Shown: piece after piece, positions 38,934-49,260 of the stretch
Layout: the number at the start of each line of letters is the position of its first letter
Position numbering within the stretch: the first letter of the stretch is position 1
Assembly (NCBI GenBank): GCA_963667845.2
Contig: CAXXVL010000002.1
Span: 3,104,001-3,168,000, forward strand
DNA length: 64,000 nucleotides
Direction of reading: 5' to 3'
DNA from: Smithellaceae bacterium
GTDB taxonomy: Bacteria > Desulfobacterota > Syntrophia > Syntrophales > Smithellaceae
Translations under genes and position numbers: made by a program
The notes under the pieces: model-generated
The model's database searches: none
What the model was told of the DNA's origin: nothing
Seen by the model: the letters and a program-made list of their open reading frames with translations, nothing else

Positions 38934-38961
38934 ATGTCTTATAAGATATGTTATGTAAACA
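38934..38961 (+). other. Chromosomal dif site (XerCD recombination site)
   Basis: ATGTCTTATAA-GATATG-TTATGTAAACA, an 11-6-11 layout resembling E. coli GGTGCGCATAA-TGTATA-TTATGTTAAAT. Intergenic between convergent gene blocks; KOPS polarity flips across it. Confidence 0.8.
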
Positions 38962-39208
38962 TAGACGAACTTTTTATCGGTTAATGAATGCTACCGACGA
39001 ATCAAATAGTTTTTGCTAGATCATTTTCGTCAGGATTTCTGTCTGATTTCATAGCTCCCATCCCTTACCTGGGTGTTTCACCTAGGCACCAGCCATGTTC
39101 TTCTCATTTTTCGATTCTAACATTTTAACGAATACGCGGATCTTCAACCAATCTTACTCCATACAATTATAATAATTGTTATTTTTCAATACATTAAAAC
39201 ATAATTGT

Positions 39209-39928
39209 TTATTCAAATTCTATATCACCGACTGCCCCCATTTGATCGCCTATAATTATGACAATTCCTTTCACACCGGGAATCGTCATTCCATAATTCA
39301 GCGCCGGTTGAACGTCATTCTTTGACTTAACTCGATTACCGACTGCCGAAGCTGCTGCATCTGCCAGGGTTGCTGATTTCGAAATCACACAGACTGCATC
39401 CGCTTTTCCAAAGCTCAATGAGGGTCCAACAGTTGCAGATGATGTACATATTCCGAGAGGAGTTTCTTCAGGTTTTATGGATAGCTTAACCTTATAACTT
39501 AAAGTAGATTCTCCGGCAAAAATGGACACGGTGACCCTGTCGTTGCATCTAAGAAAAATATCACCGCCATTTTCAATGATGAGGTTTTCCGAGTGTTCGA
39601 ATAAATCATAACCAACGAATTCAGCGATCGCACCGGCGACTGCTGCCATTGGCCCAACCCCACAGATTTTCGTCTGATCAATCATACGGCGGACAATCAG
39701 CGGAGCAAAATCATCCCTTTCTAATGGCAAGAGTGAGGCTTGAAAGGCTGGATAGTTTCTGATGTATGATTCTAAAGAAAGGCGATGATTCGTGAGCGAC
39801 TGGAACGCCAGATCTATTAGGTCCCGGTCTGAACTTATAAACAGATCGCTTTCCGCTATTTTCACATTATATAAAATAAGATTATTTTTATTAATTAACG
39901 ATCTATATGTTCTTTCCTCATACTTCAT
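39209..39928 (-). CDS. UPF0280/ApbE-like protein
   Basis: YEERTYR, GVGPMAAVAGAIAE, ENGGDI, ICTSS, SLSFGKAD, ADAAA. Confidence 0.85.
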   Translation of the reverse strand: MKYEERTYRSLINKNNLILYNVKIAESDLFISSDRDLIDLAFQSLTNHRLSLESYIRNYPAFQASLLPLERDDFAPLIVRRMIDQTKICGVGPMAAVAGAIAEFVGYDLFEHSENLIIENGGDIFLRCNDRVTVSIFAGESTLSYKVKLSIKPEETPLGICTSSATVGPSLSFGKADAVCVISKSATLADAAASAVGNRVKSKNDVQPALNYGMTIPGVKGIVIIIGDQMGAVGDIEFE

Positions 39929-40021
39929 ATCAGCTATATTTTACTGTGGATATTTTTTCAAAAGTTATTTTCATTACTGTTGATAACTCCGTATTTGATT
40001 GGCGCAGCCCGGTGGAGAAAT

Positions 40022-43000
40022 TCAGCAATAAATTGTCGACCCCTCCCCCAGGATACCGTCGACTTCCCGTTGCAGTCGGTCGCAGATATCGAGTTTGGTT
40101 TCATCGCCGAGCCTGACTATAGTCTCACTTTTGCCATTGACGATATGAATATAACCATCGTATTTCCCACTGTATTTCTTAATGGTATCATACAAGGATA
40201 TAATTTTTTCGGGTGTTATTTTTTCCGTATCGATCATGAAACGTACTTGTTTATATGGATTTTCCAGGGCCTTCGCCAACGGAATTACGTCCTGGGCTAT
40301 AATCTTCAGCGATTCGTCCCCGACATCGATGCTACCCTGAATTACAACCGGTTCATCTGCATGAAGTAATTCATAAAATTTTTTATAGATGTCTGCCCAA
40401 AAGATAATACCGACCGACCCCTGCAGATCTTCCAAGATTATATTGCACATGATATCCTTTTTCTTGGTCAATCGTTCAGTCAGTGAACTGATGACTCCTG
40501 CGATGCTGATGGTATCTTTGTCTTTTTTCGAATTCAGGGTGGCGGAATTTACGTTGGCGACGAATTTCAGTTTGTCGGCATAACCATGTAAGGGATGACC
40601 CGTGATGTAAAACCCGAGTGTATCTTTTTCTATGGCAAGCAATTCTTTACGATTCCATTCTGGAAGATTGGGAATCTGGAATGATGAACCGCCCTTCGTT
40701 GTGGATGTATCCGTTTCGTCTAACTGATCAAAAATACTTGCCTGATTACTCAACAATTCTTTTTGCTTCCGCTGTGCTTCCTCCATCGCCCGGTCCAGAC
40801 ATTCCATCAGTTGGCGCCGAGAGTAACCCAACGAGTCAAAAGAACCGCACTTGATGAGACTTTCGATCACCCTTCGGTTGACTTTTCGAAGATCAACGCG
40901 GCTTAGAAAATCAATAAACGAATTAAAATTAGCTTCTTGCCTCATGGCAATAACCGATTCTATAGCTGCCTCGCCGACATTCTTTACGGCCGCCAGACCA
41001 AAACGGATGTTTTCACCCGAAACTGTGAAATCTTTTTGGGATTCATTGATATCCGGAGGTAATATATTGATGCTCATTTCCTTACAATTGGACATGTGCT
41101 TAATGATTTTGTCCCGGTTATCTTTTTCACTGGTCAAGAGCGCGGCCATGAAGGCCACCGGGTAGTGCGCCTTGAGGTAAGCGGTTTGATAAGTAATAAT
41201 CGCGTAGGCTGCGCTGTGTGATTTGTTAAAACCATACTCAGCAAAGGTTTCCATCTGGTCCCAGATGGTTTTTGCCTTAACTTCGTTGATTTTTTGCTTT
41301 TTTGCGCCTTCGAGAAATTTAGGTTTTTCTTTTTCCATTGCCGCAACTTGTTTTTTGCCCATCACTTTGCGCAGCGTATCGGCTTGAGACATCGTATATC
41401 CGCCGATGACATTGGCAATCTGCATGACCTGCTCCTGATACAGAATAATGCCGTATGTTTCTTTCAGGATCGGCGCCAGTTGAGGCAGTTCGTAGCTGAT
41501 TTGCTGTTTTCCATGCTTACGGGCGATGAAATCGGGGATCATCTTCATCGGACCAGGACGATAGGCTGCAATCAGCGCAATGACATCTTCAATATGGTCC
41601 GGCTTGAAATTAACCAGAAGGTCCTTCATGCCGGAGCTTTCCAACTGGAAAACACCGTCGGTTTCACCTTTCATCAGTAGCTTATATGTTTCTTGATCAT
41701 CTAGTGGCAAGTCATTGATATCAATATCAATGTTGTGTGATTCCTTGATGAAATTCAAGGCATTTCTGATCACTGTCAGAGTCTTGAGCCCTAAAAAATC
41801 AAATTTGGTCAGTCCGACTGCCTCAATATCTTTCATCGAATACTGAGAAACGATGTCGTCTTTCGGAGCAAACAGCGGTACACGTTCTACCAACGGCGCA
41901 TCCGAAATAACCACGCCGGCTGCATGAACTGAAGAATGCCGGTTGAGGCCTTCCAGAACGAGTGACAACGACAGCAGTTTTTCAATTTGCGGATTCTTCT
42001 TGCGTTCCTCCGCAAACCGGGGTTCCATTTTAAATGCCTCAGTCAATGTAATATTTAGAACATTGGGCACCAGTTTGGCGACGCGATCCGCATCTCCGTA
42101 TGGAACATTAAGGGCGCGCCCCACATCGCGGATCACGCCCTTGGCCATCATTTTACCAAATGTACAGATCTGTGTAACTTTGTCCTTACCGTATTTCTCT
42201 GTGACATACTTAATTATTTCAGCGCGACGTTCCTGACAGAAATCAATATCTATATCCGGCATGCTGATACGGTCCGGATTCAGAAACCTTTCAAAAAATA
42301 AGCCGTATCGAAGCGGATCAATTTCAGTAATACGAATGGCATAGGCGACAAGAGAGCCGGCTGCCGAGCCGCGTCCGGGACCTACTGGAACACCATTGTG
42401 CTTTGCGTGTTTGATGAAATCCGAAACAATCAAAAAGTAACCCGCAAATCCCATTTTCTTTATGATTTCCAGTTCAGTGTGAAGGCGTTTCGCGTATTTT
42501 TCCCAAACGGCAGCTTCGTCTTTCGTCTGGTACTTCATGATAGTGGGCATCAGCTTTTCCAAGCCTTCCACTGCCTTCCGATCCAGATAATCATCGAGTG
42601 ATTCCTCGGGATTTTTTAATTCAAATTTGGGCAGATAAAATTTCCCGAATTCAAATGTCAGGTTGCAACGTTCCGCCACATTAACCGTGTTGGCTATCGC
42701 CTCCGGTGTTGCGGCAAACAGAGACTGCATTTCTTCGGGGGATTTAACGTAAAACTGGTCTGAGGTCAGCGACATCCTGTCAGCGTCTTCGATGGTCTTT
42801 CCCGTCTGGATGCAAAGGAGGATATTATGCGCCTCGGCATGTTCGGAGTTCAGATAGTGGCAGTCGTTGGTAGCGATAAGAGGAATTGATAGTTCTTTGC
42901 TTAGTTCAACTAATCCTTGATTGGCGATTTTCTGTTCCGGGATTCCATTTTCCATAATCTCCAGATAAAAATTCTCTTCACCGAAAATATCCCGATATTC

Positions 43001-43489
43001 ACGAGCGGATTTTCTGGCTTCTTCCATATTTCCGCGAACGATATGAGCGGCAATTTCACCGTGCAGACAGGCGCTGGAGGCAATCAAACCCTCGGAGCAT
43101 GCTTTCAGTAATTCTTTATCCACGCGGGGGCGGTAATAAAAACCTTCTATATGGGCAAAAGATGTGAGCTTCATCAGGTTCTTATAGCCCTGCATGTTCT
43201 TGACTAGAACGACAAGATGACGCGTTGCCTCACCGATGGACGAGGGTGTCTTATCAAAGCGACTTCGGGGTGCAACATAGAGCTCACAGCCGATAATCGG
43301 TTTGATACCGTTGGCATAGGCTTGTTTATAGAAGTCAATCGCGCCGAACATGTTACCATGATCCGTTATGGCCATCGCCGGCATCGCAAATTCTTTTGCT
43401 TTTTTAAAGAGATCGTCCAGGCGGATCATGCCGTCGAGCAGACTGTATTGTGTATGAACGTGAAGATGGACAAAATTTGCGTGTTTCAT
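40022..43489 (-). CDS. dnaE: DNA polymerase III alpha subunit
   Basis: HLHVHTQYSLLDG, TDHG, GRGSAAGS, PDIDIDF, GFNKSH. Confidence 0.97.
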   Translation of the reverse strand: MKHANFVHLHVHTQYSLLDGMIRLDDLFKKAKEFAMPAMAITDHGNMFGAIDFYKQAYANGIKPIIGCELYVAPRSRFDKTPSSIGEATRHLVVLVKNMQGYKNLMKLTSFAHIEGFYYRPRVDKELLKACSEGLIASSACLHGEIAAHIVRGNMEEARKSAREYRDIFGEENFYLEIMENGIPEQKIANQGLVELSKELSIPLIATNDCHYLNSEHAEAHNILLCIQTGKTIEDADRMSLTSDQFYVKSPEEMQSLFAATPEAIANTVNVAERCNLTFEFGKFYLPKFELKNPEESLDDYLDRKAVEGLEKLMPTIMKYQTKDEAAVWEKYAKRLHTELEIIKKMGFAGYFLIVSDFIKHAKHNGVPVGPGRGSAAGSLVAYAIRITEIDPLRYGLFFERFLNPDRISMPDIDIDFCQERRAEIIKYVTEKYGKDKVTQICTFGKMMAKGVIRDVGRALNVPYGDADRVAKLVPNVLNITLTEAFKMEPRFAEERKKNPQIEKLLSLSLVLEGLNRHSSVHAAGVVISDAPLVERVPLFAPKDDIVSQYSMKDIEAVGLTKFDFLGLKTLTVIRNALNFIKESHNIDIDINDLPLDDQETYKLLMKGETDGVFQLESSGMKDLLVNFKPDHIEDVIALIAAYRPGPMKMIPDFIARKHGKQQISYELPQLAPILKETYGIILYQEQVMQIANVIGGYTMSQADTLRKVMGKKQVAAMEKEKPKFLEGAKKQKINEVKAKTIWDQMETFAEYGFNKSHSAAYAIITYQTAYLKAHYPVAFMAALLTSEKDNRDKIIKHMSNCKEMSINILPPDINESQKDFTVSGENIRFGLAAVKNVGEAAIESVIAMRQEANFNSFIDFLSRVDLRKVNRRVIESLIKCGSFDSLGYSRRQLMECLDRAMEEAQRKQKELLSNQASIFDQLDETDTSTTKGGSSFQIPNLPEWNRKELLAIEKDTLGFYITGHPLHGYADKLKFVANVNSATLNSKKDKDTISIAGVISSLTERLTKKKDIMCNIILEDLQGSVGIIFWADIYKKFYELLHADEPVVIQGSIDVGDESLKIIAQDVIPLAKALENPYKQVRFMIDTEKITPEKIISLYDTIKKYSGKYDGYIHIVNGKSETIVRLGDETKLDICDRLQREVDGILGEGSTIYC

Positions 43490-43495
43490 TTTCTT

Positions 43496-44968
43496 CTAAT
43501 CGATCCAGTAATTGGGGGCTTCCTTGGTAATGATGACGTCATGAACATGGCTTTCTCTGAGTCCGGCCGAGGTGATCCTGACAAATCGTGATTTTTCAAT
43601 CAACTCCGGAATAGTTCTACAACCGACATACCCCATGCCAGCCTTTAATCCTCCGATAAGCTGGACGATACTGGATGATAGCGACCCGCGAAAGGGTACC
43701 CTGCCCTCGATCCCTTCCGGTACCGTTTTTGACGGAGCTTCTACGTCATCCTGATAGTAACGATCGCGACTGCCCATTTTCATCGCTTCGAGCGAACCCA
43801 TGCCGCGATAGACCTTATAGCTGCGACCCTGAAACAGAATTGTCTCACCCGGGCTTTCCTCCGTACCCGCAAATAAACCACCGATCATCGCAGCGTGCGC
43901 ACCGCATCCCAACGCTTTGACGATATCACCGGAATATTTGATGCCACCGTCGGCAATGACGGGAACGGCATGTTTAGATGCAATCTTATATGCGTCACGG
44001 ATGGCTGACATTTGAGCAACGCCGACGCCGGCAACGATCCTCGTTGTACAAATGGAACCGGGCCCCACTCCTACTTTAACAGCGTCGACGCCCGCGTCGA
44101 TAAGTGCCTTGGCGCCTTCCGACGTTGCGATATTCCCCGCAATCAACTGGCATTTCGGGAAATTGGCCTTTGTCGATTTAATGGCATCGATGACACCCGC
44201 CGAATGTCCATGTGATGTATCTATCGCAATCACGTCTACGCCAGCCGCCAGGAGAGCTTCGATGCGAGCTTCACGATCAATGATGCCCACCGCTGCCCCG
44301 ACGCGCAATCTGCCCAGGGAGTCTTTACAGGCATTGGGGTACCGCCTGATCTTTTCAATATCCTTGATGGTAATGAGACCTTTCAGCCGAAAATCATCAT
44401 CCACGACCAGTAATTTTTCAATGCGATGTTTGTGCAGCAGTTTCTTGGAATCTTCCAAAGAAATGTTTGCCTTGACGGTGACGAGTTTATCCTTGGTCAT
44501 GACATTGGCCACCGGCTGATCCAGATCTTCCTCAAAACGCAAATCACGGTTTGTCAGAATTCCGACAAGTCTTTCATTCTTGACAACCGGTACACCGGAA
44601 ATGGAATATTGATGCATCAGAGCCAGCGCATCGCTGACTTTGCGCTCAGGTTCGATCGTGATCGGATCAACAATCATGCCGCTTTCCGATTTCTTAACCC
44701 TGTCGACTTCAATCGCCTGGCGGTCGATGCTCATATTGCGATGGATGAAGCCGATGCCGCCTTCCTGAGCCATGCATATGGCAGTGCGGGATTCTGTGAC
44801 CGTATCCATTGCCGCTGATACAATCGGGATGTTCAGGGTAATGCTTTTGGTGAGCAGTGTGGCCGTATCAACGTCACGCGGCAGCACGCTGGATGCCGCC
44901 GGCACCAAGAGAAGATCATCAAAAGTTAAGGATTCTTTTACTACGTCGTCTAACATGATACCCTCCAT
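43496..44968 (-). CDS. guaB: IMP dehydrogenase
   Basis: [16 protein letters not shown] pair, [18 protein letters not shown]. Confidence 0.97.
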   Translation of the reverse strand: MEGIMLDDVVKESLTFDDLLLVPAASSVLPRDVDTATLLTKSITLNIPIVSAAMDTVTESRTAICMAQEGGIGFIHRNMSIDRQAIEVDRVKKSESGMIVDPITIEPERKVSDALALMHQYSISGVPVVKNERLVGILTNRDLRFEEDLDQPVANVMTKDKLVTVKANISLEDSKKLLHKHRIEKLLVVDDDFRLKGLITIKDIEKIRRYPNACKDSLGRLRVGAAVGIIDREARIEALLAAGVDVIAIDTSHGHSAGVIDAIKSTKANFPKCQLIAGNIATSEGAKALIDAGVDAVKVGVGPGSICTTRIVAGVGVAQMSAIRDAYKIASKHAVPVIADGGIKYSGDIVKALGCGAHAAMIGGLFAGTEESPGETILFQGRSYKVYRGMGSLEAMKMGSRDRYYQDDVEAPSKTVPEGIEGRVPFRGSLSSSIVQLIGGLKAGMGYVGCRTIPELIEKSRFVRITSAGLRESHVHDVIITKEAPNYWID

Positions 44969-44979
44969 CCGGTAATGAC

Positions 44980-45441
44980 TTAATTGTTATTGATGAAATA
45001 TTTTTGATGATTTAACGCAATGTAGTAGTGATCGCCGGTATCATCTACCTCGATCAGTTCGGCAAGCTGGTAATAACTTTTTCTTGTGAAGCGGGCGACA
45101 AACTTTCCTTTTTTGATGCAGCAATACATGACATTGTCATCGCCTACAACTAGCGATTTCATATCGAGCTTTTCCAAAGATTCATCGCTCAAGAGAATTT
45201 CAATCTGATCCTGACCGTGGTCCTGCGCCTTCGTCCCGTAAACAGCGGTCACGACGAAAGCCGTATCTTCGACGTCCACATAATAGATTTCACCATTGAG
45301 TTCAATGAAGTACTTTCCGCAATCGTCAATGTGCAGGTTTTCAAAGAAGACACACAAAATGTCTTTGCGGAACATATGCGCGCCACAGTAATACCAGATA
45401 CCCTCTTTGTCTATTTTGATATCGCTTCCAATCATAATCAA
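44980..45441 (-). CDS. DUF1285-like protein
   Basis: [30 protein letters not shown]. Confidence 0.7.
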   Translation of the reverse strand: MIMIGSDIKIDKEGIWYYCGAHMFRKDILCVFFENLHIDDCGKYFIELNGEIYYVDVEDTAFVVTAVYGTKAQDHGQDQIEILLSDESLEKLDMKSLVVGDDNVMYCCIKKGKFVARFTRKSYYQLAELIEVDDTGDHYYIALNHQKYFINNN

Positions 45442-45887
45442 AAATTCTTTTTACTATCGACTAACATAGTTACAGGACCATTATTAACCAATTCAACTTT
45501 CATCATCGACTGAAACTTGCCCGTGGCAAGTTTTTTCACTTTCGGAGCGGCTTTGGAAACAAAATATTCATAGAGTTCATTGGCCTTTCCAGGGTCTTCC
45601 GCGCGGGTAAATGACGGTCTGCGTCCTTTGATACAGTCGCCAAGCAATGTGAATTGTGAAACCACCAGCATATCCCCGGCTACATCGGTAAGAGAAAGAT
45701 TCATTTTGCCGAGATCATCTTCAAATATTCTTAAATTCACTGTCTTTTCAAGAATATAGTCGGCATCTTTCTCGCTGTCGCCCTGCTCCACTCCCAGCAA
45801 TACCAGCAGTCCTTGATCGATAGCGGAATACAACTGAGAATTTATTATGACGCAAGCCTGGTCAACTCTCTGAATAACTGCACGCAT
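45438..45887 (-). CDS. dtd: D-aminoacyl-tRNA deacylase
   Basis: MRAVIQRV, LRIFED, VSQFTL, GRRPSF, NGPVT. Confidence 0.95.
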   Translation of the reverse strand: MRAVIQRVDQACVIINSQLYSAIDQGLLVLLGVEQGDSEKDADYILEKTVNLRIFEDDLGKMNLSLTDVAGDMLVVSQFTLLGDCIKGRRPSFTRAEDPGKANELYEYFVSKAAPKVKKLATGKFQSMMKVELVNNGPVTMLVDSKKNF

Positions 45888-46146
45888 GAGGAATCCCATT
45901 TAAAGTTCGGGCATGTTAGCAACAATTGACCGAGTCTTCAAGTTCTTTCTGGGAATAATTATTGCGACGACAAATCAACGACTTACACTTTGCCTCATCC
46001 GGCTCGACAGCAATATCATTGCTTCCGAATTCATACGAAATCCGGAGTCGATTCCACAGCTGCGACGGGTCGGGGCTTCTCGGACAGTCATCTGAAATTA
46101 TTATATTTTTTGTAATCAGCCAACTTGTGTGCTAAGAGGCGGCGGT

Positions 46147-47508
46147 ATGAGTAGAAACATTCTGTTGATCAATCCCTGGATCCATGATTTCGCGGCGTAT
46201 GATTTCTGGCTAAAGCCATTGGGGCTCTTATACTTGGGAGGCCTCTTACGCGCAAACAATCATCATATTTCTTACATCGATTGCCTAGATCCTTATTCTT
46301 CGCCAATGATGCAAAAAGGCGGAAAATCACCGAAACGTCACGAATACGGTCATGGAGGATTTTTTCGTCAAGTCATCGAAAAGCCGCCTTGTCTCGAGAT
46401 CCTGCCGCGCAATTACTGCCGTTATGGAATCGCTCCGGACGTTTTCCGAATGGAGTTGGAACAATATCGTGATACGGATATCGTTCTCATGACCTCGATG
46501 ATGACGTATTGGTACCCCGGCGTGTTCGAAGCCATTAAAATTGTCAAAGAGGTCTTACCAGGCGTTCCCATTGTGCTCGGCGGCAAATATGCCACTCTGT
46601 GCTATGATCATGCAGTAGCTCATTCGGGTGCCAATTACATCATTCGCGGTCGAGGAGAAATTGAAACCCTAAATCTGCTTGGACAACTCTTTAACGAAGA
46701 TGTCTTTTTAAAACCGGACGAAAATGATCTGGACACCTTGCCCTACCCTGTTTTTGATCTAATTCACAGACTTGATCAGATTCCGATCATCATCTCGCTG
46801 GGCTGTCCGTATCGATGCAGCTACTGCTCATCCCACATTCTGCAGAAGAAATTTCTCAGGCGGACGCCAAGCAAAGTTGCTGATGAGATAGAATACTGGC
46901 ACCGGAATTTCGGTGTCGTCGATTTTAGCTTTTACGATGACGCCCTGCTCGTCGATTCTGAAAAGATGATCATTCCTCTGCTCCAGGAAATAAAGAAAAG
47001 GAAATTGTCTTGCCGGTTTCACTGTCCCAATGGTTTGCATTTAAGAGAAATAAATGAACGATTAAGTCAACTCCTCTATGAATCAGGTTTCAAGACCATC
47101 CGTTTCGGCTTTGAAACCGCGGATTTTCAATTGCAGACTGAAACGGGCGGAAAAGTTCAAAACGAAGAACTGCGCAAGGCCGTTATTTACCTTAAAGGTG
47201 CAGGATACAAAACAGAAGACATTGGCGTCTATCTGCTGTGCGGCATACCCTATCAGAAAGAAAGAGACGTCTCCCGCAGCATAGATTTCGTCTTACAGTG
47301 CGGAGCTAAACCGATCCTCGCCGAATATTCCCCGATACCAGGCACAAAAATGTGGATGGACGCAATTGAGGCTTCGCCATTTGACATTCAGCACGAACCT
47401 CTATATCATAACAACACTTTTTTGTGCTGCCGTAATGATGATTTCAGTTATGAAGTTTACAGCAGTCTCAAAGCTAAACTCAAAGCATCGCCGAAAGAAA
47501 CGGTTTAA
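46147..47508 (+). CDS. B12-binding-domain radical SAM protein
   Basis: KPLGLL, MTYWYPG, GG.YAT, CPYRCSYC, YDDALL. Confidence 0.85.
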   Translation: MSRNILLINPWIHDFAAYDFWLKPLGLLYLGGLLRANNHHISYIDCLDPYSSPMMQKGGKSPKRHEYGHGGFFRQVIEKPPCLEILPRNYCRYGIAPDVFRMELEQYRDTDIVLMTSMMTYWYPGVFEAIKIVKEVLPGVPIVLGGKYATLCYDHAVAHSGANYIIRGRGEIETLNLLGQLFNEDVFLKPDENDLDTLPYPVFDLIHRLDQIPIIISLGCPYRCSYCSSHILQKKFLRRTPSKVADEIEYWHRNFGVVDFSFYDDALLVDSEKMIIPLLQEIKKRKLSCRFHCPNGLHLREINERLSQLLYESGFKTIRFGFETADFQLQTETGGKVQNEELRKAVIYLKGAGYKTEDIGVYLLCGIPYQKERDVSRSIDFVLQCGAKPILAEYSPIPGTKMWMDAIEASPFDIQHEPLYHNNTFLCCRNDDFSYEVYSSLKAKLKASPKETV

Positions 47509-47513
47509 TCGAA

Positions 47514-47753
47514 ATGAAGATTCTGATCCGGATTAAAAATATTATGGTCCTGCTGCTGTCGCTGTTCTTTTTAGTTTGCGGCATCAATATCATGGTGGGG
47601 GCATTTAAGATGGCCAATCCACTTGAGTTCGTCATGACTTTGTTTTCGGCCTCATTCATCATTTTATTTTGTATCGTCGGTCTCCTTTATGCCTTTTTCC
47701 GCTTTCTTCCAAGAAAATCCGATAACGAGATGGATCATGTTGACACGAAATAG
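47514..47753 (+). CDS. Small two-TM membrane protein
   Basis: Two hydrophobic helices; sits within an operon. Confidence 0.6.
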   Translation: MKILIRIKNIMVLLLSLFFLVCGINIMVGAFKMANPLEFVMTLFSASFIILFCIVGLLYAFFRFLPRKSDNEMDHVDTK

Positions 47754-49260
47754 ATTTTATATATCAATTATCGGATTAATTGTCCTTTTCTTTGCAATCC
47801 CATCACAGGCAATCGACCTGGAAAAAAATGTTGTCAAAACCAAATTGGATAACGGACTGGTTGTTTTAATGCTGAAACGGACATTCAGTCCGACGGTTTC
47901 CCTGTATATCCGCTATCGCGTCGGTGCAGTAGACGAGATTCAGGGCCAGACCGGAGCAGCACATTTTTTGGAACACCTGATGTTCAAGGGCACAACAACT
48001 ATCGGCGCCAAAAATTACCCGGAAGAAGAAAAGATTCTCATCCAAATCGAAGAAGTGGGACAGGCATTGGATAAAGAGAGGATGAAGCAGGAAAAAGCCG
48101 ATCAAAGAATCATTGAAGGGCTTGGCCTGCAGTTGAAAAAATTGCAGGCCAAACAGCGCCGTTACTACATTCCCAATGAAATTGACAGGCTCTATACGGA
48201 GAACGGTGGTCTGGGCATGAACGCGTCAACGGGACAGGATGTAACAACTTATTTTGTCAGTCTCCCAGCCAATAAGATCGAGCTCTGGGCGCGGATAGAA
48301 TCCGATCGTCTGCTTCATCCCGTCTTTCGTGATTTTTATACGGAACGCGATGTCATCATGGAAGAAAGGCGACAAAGGGTGGAAACAAGTCCGGAAGGGA
48401 AACTTTACGAATCCTTCCTGAGTGCCTCTTTTACCGTTCATCCCTATGGACGGCCTGTGATCGGCTTCCCTCAGGATTTGACCTATATGAGCCAGACAGC
48501 CGTCCGGCGGATTCATCAAAAATACCTTTCACCTGAGAACATGGTCATCGCTGTGGTCGGGGATATCGATTTAGAAAAGACTCAAAAGTTGATCGGCAAA
48601 TATTTTGGACGGATTCCCAAGAATAAATCTGGACCGGTCCGGATTCCGGAAGAACCGGCGCAAACCCGGGAACGAAAAATTGCAGTCTTGTTTGACGCCA
48701 GTCCATCGTTGCTGATCGGCTATCACAAACCGACTGCACCTGATACCGATGATTACATCTTTGATGTCCTGGAGACGATTCTCAGCAAAGGCCGAACGAG
48801 CCGTTTATACTCCAAGTTGGTTTTGCAGATGCAGATCGCGGACAGCATCGGTATTTCTAATGGCGTTCCCGCCACGAGGTATCCTAATCTATTTGTGATA
48901 TCCGCCCGCCCACGTTATCCGCACACAAATGATGAACTTCAAGCAGCCATTCTGCAGGAACTGGAGAACATCAAGAAAGATCCCGTTTCGAACCAGGAAC
49001 TTGCCAAGGCCAGAAACCAATTAAAGATGGATTATATCAAAAGTCTCGATTCCAATTCCGAAATTGCTTCCATTCTTTCGTACTACGAATTGCTTCTCGG
49101 CGATTATCGGTATTTTTCCAATTATATTTCCCGCATCGAAAAAGTAACAACACTCGACCTTCAAAGGGTGGCAACAAAGTATCTTCGAGCTGAAAATCGG
49201 ACGGTCGCTGTCTTAAATAAGAAAACGGATGCCGCCGGCGCAGGTAAAGATGAAAATTAG
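47737..49260 (+). CDS. M16 zinc peptidase, catalytic subunit
   Basis: AHFLEHLMFKGT (HXXEH), NASTG, EERR, HPY. Confidence 0.9.
   Translation: MLTRNRFYISIIGLIVLFFAIPSQAIDLEKNVVKTKLDNGLVVLMLKRTFSPTVSLYIRYRVGAVDEIQGQTGAAHFLEHLMFKGTTTIGAKNYPEEEKILIQIEEVGQALDKERMKQEKADQRIIEGLGLQLKKLQAKQRRYYIPNEIDRLYTENGGLGMNASTGQDVTTYFVSLPANKIELWARIESDRLLHPVFRDFYTERDVIMEERRQRVETSPEGKLYESFLSASFTVHPYGRPVIGFPQDLTYMSQTAVRRIHQKYLSPENMVIAVVGDIDLEKTQKLIGKYFGRIPKNKSGPVRIPEEPAQTRERKIAVLFDASPSLLIGYHKPTAPDTDDYIFDVLETILSKGRTSRLYSKLVLQMQIADSIGISNGVPATRYPNLFVISARPRYPHTNDELQAAILQELENIKKDPVSNQELAKARNQLKMDYIKSLDSNSEIASILSYYELLLGDYRYFSNYISRIEKVTTLDLQRVATKYLRAENRTVAVLNKKTDAAGAGKDEN

Noticed and set aside
45973..45985. IHF consensus match AATCAACGACTTA
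   Set aside because: A single degenerate match with no associated sigma54 promoter or att site seen; could be chance.
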